A DNA stretch of 58,212 nt from positions 1-58,212 of the forward strand of contig CAYRKI010000009.1 of assembly GCA_964424815.1 (NCBI GenBank), given 5' to 3'. A model generated the notes under the pieces. That model was not told the DNA's origin, ran no database searches, and saw nothing but the letters and a program-made list of their open reading frames with translations. Below are positions 1-8,068 of this stretch, piece by piece (the stretch's first letter is position 1; each line of letters begins with the position of its first letter). The position numbers and the translations under genes are program-made. The stretch comes from an uncultured Thiotrichales bacterium (GTDB lineage: Bacteria > Pseudomonadota > Alphaproteobacteria > Caedimonadales > Caedimonadaceae).

Positions 1-2
1 CC

Positions 3-362
3 GCAGATCTGAAGAATCTTCTTGGAGCTCGTCTTGCCAAATATAAGTTTATTTACGACACCTGCCACTTGGATCAGGGTCAAGGGGTTATGATTCCTCA
101 AAATGCCGATCAAATTCGCCAGCTTCACATGGATTTGATTGCTTTTGTGCGGCAGCAACCATGGTTTGAGCAAGCACGACTGCAGCCCATTGAGCCTGAT
201 ACACCCTACTCGCCCAAACTGATTCTCATTCACCGTCAAACGCCCACGCAAGAAGAGCTACAGCAGATTAATAAAGCCCTGCACGCCCTTAAAGAAACGA
301 GCTTTAACGGTGTTTTACAAGCCAAATTTGCTGATATGACTATCGAGTTTCGCGCTCCTTAG
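3..362 (+). CDS. hypothetical protein, C-terminal part (frame open to the 5' window edge)
   Basis: Frame 3 has no stop from nt 3 to the TAG at 360-362, so the TTG at 69 used by the ORF track is probably internal. No motif recognised. Its 3' end overlaps the convergent gene 340..3486 by 23 nt. Confidence 0.4.
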   Translation, partial: ADLKNLLGARLAKYKFIYDTCHLDQGQGVMIPQNADQIRQLHMDLIAFVRQQPWFEQARLQPIEPDTPYSPKLILIHRQTPTQEELQQINKALHALKETSFNGVLQAKFADMTIEFRAP

Positions 363-3300
363 AAGAACATTCCTCGGAAATCTTTAGAGCCGCATAGGAG
401 AGTTTTTCCATGAGAGAATTTTGGCTAAGTTGCGCCTCTAAAAAGGTAAAATCGACTTGCTGCAGCGGCTGATCTTGACCTGCGCAGATAAAGCGATAGA
501 TGTCTCGCCCTGTATCCTCACATTGGAGGCGCTGAATACAACTGCCACAAATCCCATGCATCATACATTGCATGGGGTTATTCAGGCTGGCTTCAGCGTG
601 CACTTGATGCTTAATTAAAGGGGCTAGAGCTCCTTCATAAAGTAAGTCTCGGCACGCCGCCATCATAGGTGATGACCCACAAATCATCCAATAATCTACT
701 GCAGCGATCCAGTGTTTTCCCTCAGCTGTTTGCACAAATGCTTCTAAAGCCTGCGTTATGCGGCCTTGATAGGCTTCAGCTGTAGGTACTTCGTAACTTA
801 AAAGGAGGTGATCACTAATGGCGCTTAATTTCTCCTGATAAAAAACCTTTTGCGGATTTTGATAACCTACAGCTAACAACACGCGACAACCCTGCTGTTT
901 AAGGGTTTTAGCTAAGGGTAACAACACAGCGGTACCAAGACCACCACCGACAAGGGCTACTGTTTTGTTGTGCAGCAATGGTGTGGGCGCACCTGTTGGC
1001 CCCATAAGCACAATTCTCTCGCCCGGCTGCAAATAGCGCAACAGATAGGTCGAAACGCCAACCTCAAGTGCAACCAATCCGATATGACCCTGAGCAGAAT
1101 CAACCCAACACGCGGTGAGAGCAATAGGTTCCATAAGAGCTTTGTAAGCGCCAACTTGGGGCGCAAAAGCTTCGTAATTTTGCATTTTAAAAAACTGTCC
1201 CGGGCGCCATTGGCGTGCGGCTGCAGGTGCGTGGACCACGACCTCAATCACGCCCTCCGCAAGCGGTTTTACTGAAACAACATGGGCCTTTAAATCGTTT
1301 TCCAAAGCATGAAATTTTTCTGAAGCATGAGCGGTACACTGCAGTGCGGCATGAATGGTGGGATAGAGAGCTTTAGCACTGGCGATGGCTTTCACCACAC
1401 TGCCCGCAAAGGCAGGATTCGCATCGCCCAAAAAAGTAATGCGAGGGTCGGTTAAATTGCTCTGGTCTTGGCGCGTACCAATTGCGATCAAGACTGTTGC
1501 GGCAGGAATTTCTGCAATTTCGCCGTGATGCAAGCCCTGCAGAGCTCGCACGTGACCCTCGTCGTCTTGTAGAATGCGCTGTAGCTGAAAATTTGAGAGA
1601 AACTGCACACCTTCGGCTAAGGCATGTTTTAATTCTTCATGATTTAGTCGGTAGCTGGGCGCATGCTGCAGAGCCTTGCGGTAGACCACAGTGCATCCCC
1701 CCCACCGCTGAACGAGGGGCGCAAAACGAGGATCCCGATTTTCCTGGGATGCGACAGCACGTTCTGCTGCAATTTCACGTGCATGGCTAAGGTATTCAGC
1801 TAAAAGTTCCTTTTCAACTGCGGTCAAAGTGCAGGCATTAGCGTGTTGCGCAAGATCAGCCGCACGTTCCACCAGACGCACATAGTAGGCCTGCGCTTCC
1901 GTTGCAGTGTCTACTGCCGTGAGGCCACCACCCACGACGACGATAGGCAAACGCAGCTGAAGGGCCATAAGTTTTTTGAGATCAAACGCTGCATTTAAAT
2001 GAAGATTCATCAAAAAATCAGCTGCAAAACGCACGCCTTTTGCCTCAAGACCTGGTACATCTAGCATCATAGGTGCCCCAGCACCCGTAGCAAGGGCCAT
2101 ATGATCAATGCCGTTTGCAAAAGCATTCTCAAGGGTGATTTGACTACCCAATCTTACGCCATCATGAAGAGTGTAACGTTCTTGCCGGGCCAGGATAATA
2201 CGCCAAACCATAAGACGATTTTTATCCCATCGTGCTGTAATACCGTATTCTGCAACGCCGCCAAATCCGCGTCCTGGCCTCTGCTCGAGGGGACATGTAA
2301 CATCTGTAAAGTTATGCTGTGGTTGTAACCACGTATCGGGTAATGGTTCAATTTTGAGCCCATCAATGGCCACAACCGTGTGCCCTTCACGCAGCAGGTA
2401 ATAGGACATGGCAATGCCTGCAGGGCCCTGCCCCACCACCATCACTTTTTTACCTGATGGAAGCTTTGGCAGCGGAGCTTGAGTGTTGAGCGGATTCCAC
2501 CAAGCAAGTAATTGGTAGATCTCAAGACCCCAGGGCAACGCTAAGACAGCTTTTAAAATTTCTGATTCAACCGCCGGAATATCAACGGGGGTTTGTTTTT
2601 GGAAAATGCATGATTTAGCACAATCATTACAAATACGATGCCCTGTGAGTGCCAAAAAAGGGTTGTCCAACATCGCAACCGCAAATGCAGCTAGCGTATG
2701 TCCAGCACGATAAAGCGTGATCATTTCAGAAATTTTTTGCTGCAACGGACAACCTGTGAGCTGGTTATCAAGGGCGTTGACTTTGGGCTTCTTCCCCTCG
2801 TCCCTTAAGCCAGTGCGACAGCTATCTTTTTGTGTGCGATGACATGAAAGGCAAATGTGGCTTTGATCATGAGCATAGGTCTCTCCCGGGCCTGGATCCG
2901 TGAGATTAAAACCGTCGCGGCCCCGTGAAGGTAGGTGCGCAGGGATCAGTTCACTAAAATTAAGAGGCTGTTGTAGACTAAACCAAGGGGTTTGCTCGTG
3001 CTGATGCGGCTCGAAGGCCCATACGCGCCAAGCCACATAGCGCGCAGCTAAATCTAGGCTATCTTTATATTGATCTTCCTCCTCAAGCCAGGACAGGACT
3101 TGGGTCGCCAAGGCTTCATGACTCCACGAATCACTCATACGCTCTCTTAACTGGCGCTCGAGTTCTTTTCCATCAAAATTAACAGCAGCATCACGCCCGT
3201 AGCGCTTGGTGGCATACTTTTGCACAAAGATTTTTTTGAAGGCGGCAAGGTGTGTGAATGGTGCTTGGGGCACGAACTTTATGGAAAATTGAGAACTGAT

Positions 3301-3486
3301 GTAAGCTTCAACAAATAACGCAATATCCATTATCTCTTTACTATTCAGGCAACTTTGAGAAGCCCACCGCGCCTCGAGAAGACGCTCATACAATACCTGA
3401 TCTTCACCCTGCAGAAACCGCAGAAAGTCCGCATCGTGCCCATTAAATGACTGTAGATTTTTTAAGTCATTTATTTTCAATGACAT
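340..3486 (-). CDS. large fused flavoprotein: Fe-S / GltD-like pyridine nucleotide-disulfide oxidoreductase fused to a PyrK-like ferredoxin-reductase module
   Basis: 1048-aa ORF. Rossmann motifs KKVMVVGQGPAGIAMSYYLLREGHTVVAIDG and PIVVVGGGLTAVDTATEA. Cys clusters CLSCHRTQKDSC and CNDCAKSC. C-terminal FNR-like WRPGQFFKM and VALVGGGLGTAVLLPLAK, then CMMHGICGSCIQ (PyrK-type 2Fe-2S ligands). The first ~190 aa carry no motif I recognise. Confidence 0.7.
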   Translation of the reverse strand: MSLKINDLKNLQSFNGHDADFLRFLQGEDQVLYERLLEARWASQSCLNSKEIMDIALFVEAYISSQFSIKFVPQAPFTHLAAFKKIFVQKYATKRYGRDAAVNFDGKELERQLRERMSDSWSHEALATQVLSWLEEEDQYKDSLDLAARYVAWRVWAFEPHQHEQTPWFSLQQPLNFSELIPAHLPSRGRDGFNLTDPGPGETYAHDQSHICLSCHRTQKDSCRTGLRDEGKKPKVNALDNQLTGCPLQQKISEMITLYRAGHTLAAFAVAMLDNPFLALTGHRICNDCAKSCIFQKQTPVDIPAVESEILKAVLALPWGLEIYQLLAWWNPLNTQAPLPKLPSGKKVMVVGQGPAGIAMSYYLLREGHTVVAIDGLKIEPLPDTWLQPQHNFTDVTCPLEQRPGRGFGGVAEYGITARWDKNRLMVWRIILARQERYTLHDGVRLGSQITLENAFANGIDHMALATGAGAPMMLDVPGLEAKGVRFAADFLMNLHLNAAFDLKKLMALQLRLPIVVVGGGLTAVDTATEAQAYYVRLVERAADLAQHANACTLTAVEKELLAEYLSHAREIAAERAVASQENRDPRFAPLVQRWGGCTVVYRKALQHAPSYRLNHEELKHALAEGVQFLSNFQLQRILQDDEGHVRALQGLHHGEIAEIPAATVLIAIGTRQDQSNLTDPRITFLGDANPAFAGSVVKAIASAKALYPTIHAALQCTAHASEKFHALENDLKAHVVSVKPLAEGVIEVVVHAPAAARQWRPGQFFKMQNYEAFAPQVGAYKALMEPIALTACWVDSAQGHIGLVALEVGVSTYLLRYLQPGERIVLMGPTGAPTPLLHNKTVALVGGGLGTAVLLPLAKTLKQQGCRVLLAVGYQNPQKVFYQEKLSAISDHLLLSYEVPTAEAYQGRITQALEAFVQTAEGKHWIAAVDYWMICGSSPMMAACRDLLYEGALAPLIKHQVHAEASLNNPMQCMMHGICGSCIQRLQCEDTGRDIYRFICAGQDQPLQQVDFTFLEAQLSQNSLMEKLSYAALKISEECSSKERETR

Positions 3487-3595
3487 GAACAGTACTACTC
3501 TTGGATTTTAATAAAATTACCCTTTTTTAACATCGTGCTTAGTATTCTGAAAGTCGACAAAATTAGTCGTGTTAAAAAACGCATGAGGTAAAAGG

Positions 3596-4534
3596 GTGTA
3601 TTACAACAACAATAACAAAAAACAACATGCCTTACCACGCGCTATCAGAGTTATTGGGGCTGCCTCGGGTTGGGGCGCTCAATTACGCGCAACTGAAAAA
3701 GGGCCTGAGGCCCTGCAAAATCTGGGCTGTATGAGTGAACTTACACGCCTAGGACTGGACATTGATTGGGATGGCCTTATCCTGCCCCAGGTCAGCTCAA
3801 GTCGAGTTAACATTCCCAATGGCAAACCAACATTGCCTTATGTCTTAGACCATTGCCAGCGCTTGGCACACGTGGTGCAAGACGTTATTGAACAACAGCA
3901 ATTTCCAGTTGTCATCGGCGGTGACCATGCTATTGCCATGGGCACATGGACGGGCGTCACATCAGCCCTTCAAGCGCATGAAAAGTTTGGCCTTTTGTGG
4001 ATTGATGCGCACATGGATGCTAACACACCAGAGACCAGCCCCTCCCAAGCCTATCACGGTATGCCCCTTGCCTGCCTTCTGGGCTATGGTGAACCCGAGC
4101 TGGTGAATTTAGGCGGGCGCGCTCCCAAGATATCGCCCAACAATGTCGTGCTGATGGGGATTCGTAGCTTTGAGGAAGGTGAAAAGCAGCTTCTTGAGCA
4201 CTTAGGCGTGCGCATTTTCTACATTCAAGAAATTCAACAACGCGGCTTTGAGGTATGCCTTGCCGAGGCGCTTGAGATTCTGAACAAAGGCACAGTCGGC
4301 TTTGGCGTAACCATTGATCTTGATGCCTTCGATCCACTTGAGGCTCCAGGCGTGGGATCGCCAGAGCCCGGAGGATTACAGGCAGATTTCGTGTGCCAGG
4401 CTTTCCAAAATCTTTTAGCACGTCATCCTGGATTTACAGCCCTGGAGATCACCGAGTACAATCCAGAACAAGACCAAGATCATATAACGGGGAGACTGGC
4501 GTGTCGTCTGATCAAGGAACTGCTGAGCACCTAA
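3596..4534 (+). CDS. rocF: arginase
   Basis: Ureohydrolase Mn-binding motifs GGDHAIAMGT, WIDAHMDANTPETSPSQAYHGMPLA and TIDLDAFDP...GVGSPEPGGL. GTG start. Immediately followed by an ornithine aminotransferase gene. Confidence 0.85.
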   Translation: MYYNNNNKKQHALPRAIRVIGAASGWGAQLRATEKGPEALQNLGCMSELTRLGLDIDWDGLILPQVSSSRVNIPNGKPTLPYVLDHCQRLAHVVQDVIEQQQFPVVIGGDHAIAMGTWTGVTSALQAHEKFGLLWIDAHMDANTPETSPSQAYHGMPLACLLGYGEPELVNLGGRAPKISPNNVVLMGIRSFEEGEKQLLEHLGVRIFYIQEIQQRGFEVCLAEALEILNKGTVGFGVTIDLDAFDPLEAPGVGSPEPGGLQADFVCQAFQNLLARHPGFTALEITEYNPEQDQDHITGRLACRLIKELLST

Positions 4535-5751
4535 AGGCCACCTCCAACGCGGCGTGGATAGAACGTGAAAAACGTTACTGCGCTTCTAACTACAAACCGC
4601 TTCCTGTGGTCTTGACCAAGGCTGAAGGTGTTTGGGCTTATGATGTGGAAGGCAAACGCTACCTCGACATGATGTCGGCGTACTCGGCCCTAAGTTTTGG
4701 ACACAGCCATCCAGCGTTAGTCGAAGCCCTTACCTCTCAAGCACGGCGCTTGGCCATGTGCTCAAGAGCCTTCTTCAGTGATCAGCTGGCACCTTTGTGT
4801 GAGAAGCTGTGCGAATTAACTGGTCTTGAGAAAGTTCTGCCCATGAATACAGGGGCAGAGGCTATCGAGACCGCCCTCAAAGCCGCACGGCGCTGGGGGT
4901 ATCGTGTTAAGGGCATTCCCCATGACCAGGGTGAGATCATTGCATGCCGCAATAATTTTCATGGTCGCACCACCACTATTATCAGTTTTTCATCAGAAGA
5001 GTCTTATCGCGCCGATTTCGGCCCGCTAACGCCAGGGTTTCGCTTGATTCCCTATGATGATACTGCCGCCCTTGAAGCAACCATTACGCCTAACACCTGC
5101 GCCTTCTTGGTCGAGCCGGTGCAAGGTGAGGCTGGCATTTATCCGCCTAGCCCTGCTTATCTATTGAAGTGCTGGGAAATCTGCAAAAGAAACAACGTTC
5201 TCATGATTGTGGACGAGGTGCAAACAGGCCTTGGACGCACTGGCCGTCTTTTCGCTTATCAACACGATTGCATTACGCCTGACATGGTCATCTTAGGAAA
5301 GGCACTTGGGGGTGGGCTGATTCCCATATCAGCTGTTGTGTCACGTGCAGAGATTCTTGATCTGATGACACCAGGATCCCATGGCTCGACTTTTGGCGGC
5401 AATCCGCTGGCCTGCCATGTGGCATGCGCAGCCCTTGATGTTTTAGTAAACGAGCGCTTAGCCTCAAAAGCAGCCCATTTTGGCGCCTATATGATACGCT
5501 ACCTTAAAAACTTGAACCTATCCTGTGTTAAAGAAGTCCGCGGCAAAGGGTTCTTGGTGGGCCTTGAAATTAACCCAGAGATGGCTTCAGCCCGGGCCGT
5601 GTGCGAGTCATTGTTAGAGTTTGGCATCTTGTCCAAAGACACCCATCAGACAGTTGTGCGCTTGGCACCCCCGCTGGTCATTAACCGCGAAGAGCTTTCG
5701 TGGGGCCTTGAGCAAATTGAAGCCTGCCTCAAGGGATTTTCCTCAAGCTGA
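4501..5751 (+). CDS. rocD: ornithine--oxo-acid aminotransferase (class III PLP aminotransferase)
   Basis: NYKPLPVVLTKAEGVWAYDVEGKRYLDMMSAYSALSFGHSHP, DEVQTGLGRTGRLFA, ILGKALGGG (PLP lysine). The ORF-track ATG at 4393 lies 140 nt inside rocF and adds non-homologous sequence. GTG at 4501 is the last start-type codon before the conserved N-terminus. The start remains uncertain. Confidence 0.85.
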   Translation: MSSDQGTAEHLKATSNAAWIEREKRYCASNYKPLPVVLTKAEGVWAYDVEGKRYLDMMSAYSALSFGHSHPALVEALTSQARRLAMCSRAFFSDQLAPLCEKLCELTGLEKVLPMNTGAEAIETALKAARRWGYRVKGIPHDQGEIIACRNNFHGRTTTIISFSSEESYRADFGPLTPGFRLIPYDDTAALEATITPNTCAFLVEPVQGEAGIYPPSPAYLLKCWEICKRNNVLMIVDEVQTGLGRTGRLFAYQHDCITPDMVILGKALGGGLIPISAVVSRAEILDLMTPGSHGSTFGGNPLACHVACAALDVLVNERLASKAAHFGAYMIRYLKNLNLSCVKEVRGKGFLVGLEINPEMASARAVCESLLEFGILSKDTHQTVVRLAPPLVINREELSWGLEQIEACLKGFSSS

Positions 5752-5764
5752 GGCGCACTTGGGC

Positions 5765-7264
5765 TTATTTTTCCAAAAAAGAGACGATGACCTGAGGCCG
5801 CTTGTTGCGAAACGCTTCTAAAACTCGTGTTACGTGGGACGGCACTGAACGGTCAAACCATTCACTTGGATGGGGGAGCCCTAGATACATTAAGGCCGGC
5901 AATTGCTCAAAGACCGCCAGGTTAAAGTTTTTATTGTAATTGTAATGATGAATCGTAACTGTCTTAAGGCCGGTTAAAGAGACCAACGGAGCCATGTTTT
6001 GCACATCAAAACTCTCCACGTTCATATTCCAGATATTCAAGCACAACTCTCTTAGAGAAGAGAGTTTGCTCAAATCTTGAACAAGACTGCTGAAATAGGA
6101 ATCAGAACGGGAGTAGTCCCGGTTTTTAATTTCAAGCGAGGTTAAAGTCGTGAGAAAAGACAAACACGAGAAATCAACCGGCTCGTTTGAACGTGATTTC
6201 ACACTTAAGTGTCGCAGATTGTAACAACCGGTCAGAAACGTCATGTCTTTGATCTCACGTTGATACCCAATCTCTAGGCTGCGGAGACTCGACGGCACAC
6301 AGGAAGGGGCTGGATCTTCCTCACGCACCCAACCAAATAAACTGGCACGTAAATGGGTTAAAGTCGTCATGTGGGCCAAACCCTCGAGCACGCGATGGGC
6401 AGAGGCGACGCCCCGAAAATTGAGGGTTTTGAGGGTAGTAGACTGTGCAAAACTCTGAAGCACCAGGTCAACGGGATCACCATGGGCGGGATAATCATCC
6501 GAAAATTTGAGGTGGGAACCCTCTAAGCTGAGGACTTGTAATGCTGGTGCGTGGCCCAATTCAGCAAGTTTATGGGCCCACAAATGCGGTTGATATTCTA
6601 GACTGAGGCGGCGCAAGTGGGGCAGTTTTGCAAGGGGACTGACGTCGTATAGGTTCGTTTTCATTGGCACGCGATGATATGAACTCCAAGGATCGGGATC
6701 AATCTGGCCAGCCAATATTAATTCTTGTAGGTTACGGGCGGTGCTGAGTTTTTCAACGATTTCGTCCGTGACCTCACACCTAGCCAGCTCCAGTTTTCCA
6801 ATGAGCACAAGATTGGGCCAAAAGAGGCGGTCAATCCCCACACCACGGAAATTCCACATTTTTATCGCCAATGTGAAGTTTTCTTCTTGGGCTCTGCGCA
6901 GGCATATCGACAGCTGATCATATTCTTCGTTCCTGACAACCTTAATCGTTGGCCGCGAGAATCCGTCGAATATCTCCCGGCTCTCCTCTAGCACCCTTTT
7001 AAAGTGGCGGTAAAAGGTCTCCCTCAGGGGTCGAAGCTGTGCGACAAAGGCTTTGTTGGTACACATCAAAGCGATGAGATCCGAGATTTTTGGTTGTGGT
7101 CTATTAAATGCAATGGGCGGCGCAAGCCAGCAACCAATGAGCGGTATCACATCAGACAACTCGAATGCATCAAGGGATACCACCCCCAACACCAGCCCAA
7201 CCTTATCCACCACAGTGATGTGGGGATGCATGGCTTTAAACCGTTTAGTCTGCTGGCTTGGCAC
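5765..7264 (-). CDS. leucine-rich-repeat protein with F-box-like motif, C-terminal fragment of a nonsense-split gene
   Basis: Cys-containing LRR periodicity (LRRLSLEYQP, LQVLSLEGSH, LKTLNFRG, LRHLSVKS, LTSLEIKN, LRELCLN). F-box-like DLIALMCTNKAFVAQLRPLRETFYRHF. Collinear with 8069..10417. The frame stays open and LRR-like upstream of the GTG at 7264, up to the TAA at 7394-7396. Confidence 0.6.
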   Translation of the reverse strand: MPSQQTKRFKAMHPHITVVDKVGLVLGVVSLDAFELSDVIPLIGCWLAPPIAFNRPQPKISDLIALMCTNKAFVAQLRPLRETFYRHFKRVLEESREIFDGFSRPTIKVVRNEEYDQLSICLRRAQEENFTLAIKMWNFRGVGIDRLFWPNLVLIGKLELARCEVTDEIVEKLSTARNLQELILAGQIDPDPWSSYHRVPMKTNLYDVSPLAKLPHLRRLSLEYQPHLWAHKLAELGHAPALQVLSLEGSHLKFSDDYPAHGDPVDLVLQSFAQSTTLKTLNFRGVASAHRVLEGLAHMTTLTHLRASLFGWVREEDPAPSCVPSSLRSLEIGYQREIKDMTFLTGCYNLRHLSVKSRSNEPVDFSCLSFLTTLTSLEIKNRDYSRSDSYFSSLVQDLSKLSSLRELCLNIWNMNVESFDVQNMAPLVSLTGLKTVTIHHYNYNKNFNLAVFEQLPALMYLGLPHPSEWFDRSVPSHVTRVLEAFRNKRPQVIVSFLEK

Positions 7265-7429
7265 GGGGCTGTTCTCAACGGATAAAAAACGAAGGGATTG
7301 AGAAGTTTGTAAGGGCTCGATGTCGTTAACATCAGCGCAATCTTCAAGGGTTAATGACGCAAGGTGAGGCAGTTTCGCAATTCTGTTTAGCGCTTACTGC
7401 GTTAGGTTGCACTGGACCAAGCGGAGCTC

Positions 7430-8020
7430 TTAGAGGGGAAATTGTAAGCCCATATAGACAGTAAAGTTCGGCCCCTGGATCATTGCATTGGTGAGCGTGA
7501 GTCTTTCCAGAACTGGTAAATTGAAAACAAAGTTAATGTCATCGGTGCAAATTCGTCTGAATGAACTTTGTAGCGTACCTACCCAACCCACATGGGATTT
7601 TGGTCGTGGCCCGTCAAATTGCAGATTTAGGGCTGTAATCAGGTGTTCATTGTCCCGAATAATATCACATACGCTTATGTCTAAACTGGTAAGCCGGAGG
7701 CTGACTTCATCACCCTGACAAATGGAATGTCTGATGGCGTTTATTTCTGGGTCTTCCCCTGCCCACCCTTCCAGCAAAGAAAAAAAAGCAGCACGAAAGA
7801 ATTCAGCGTTATCCAGCGCTGCTCGTCGTGCCTCCTTTATTTGATTCTTCACAAGGTGCGATAGAGAATCCGACCGAGCTGGCACCGAAAGAGGAGTGCC
7901 GGACCTCACCTGATCGAACGAATCTGCTATTTCGGGAGAACTTGCCCAAATATTGTTAAGGCTGATCATCGCCAGCACAAAATAAAAAGATTTGTTCTTT
8001 ATCAATATCATCAAATTCAA
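7430..8020 (-). CDS. signal-peptide-bearing N-terminal fragment of the same nonsense-split LRR gene
   Basis: N-terminal hydrophobic signal (FYFVLAMISLNNIWASS). It ends in an LRR unit, NLPVLERLTLTNA. It is in the same reading frame as 5765..7264 (8020-7264 = 756 = 3x252). Confidence 0.5.
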   Translation of the reverse strand: MNLMILIKNKSFYFVLAMISLNNIWASSPEIADSFDQVRSGTPLSVPARSDSLSHLVKNQIKEARRAALDNAEFFRAAFFSLLEGWAGEDPEINAIRHSICQGDEVSLRLTSLDISVCDIIRDNEHLITALNLQFDGPRPKSHVGWVGTLQSSFRRICTDDINFVFNLPVLERLTLTNAMIQGPNFTVYMGLQFPL

Positions 8021-8068
8021 TATTTCGAATTATTTTAATTCATAATTAAAGATAGAAAAACTAAGAAT

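Larger units (their letters stand above)
5765..8020 (-). pseudogene. alternative reading of the two fragments above: one ~750-codon LRR/F-box-like gene interrupted by two in-frame TAA codons (7430-7432 and 7394-7396)
   Basis: Translation through both stops reads ...GLQFPL*ELRLVQCNLTQ*ALNRIAKLPHLASLTLEDCADVNDIEPLQTSQSLRFLSVENSPVPSQQTKRF... The LRR periodicity continues and the product stays collinear with the 782-aa neighbour. Confidence 0.55.

Noticed and set aside
957-2414. Several 75-102-aa ORFs on both strands inside 340..3486
   Set aside because: They are nested within a continuous 1048-codon ORF with clear cofactor-binding motifs. They have no independent start context or domains.
4393-4500. 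Upstream ATG extension of the ornithine aminotransferase ORF
   Set aside because: It lies entirely inside rocF in another frame and adds ~36 residues (MPGFPKSFSTSSWIYSPGDHRVQSRTRPRS...) with no similarity to OAT N-termini.
7147-7347. Small ORFs (7004..7285+, 7053..7301+, 7147..7347-) around the gap between the two LRR fragments
   Set aside because: The region is better explained as in-frame LRR coding sequence of the disrupted gene. These ORFs are out-of-frame or antisense by-products.
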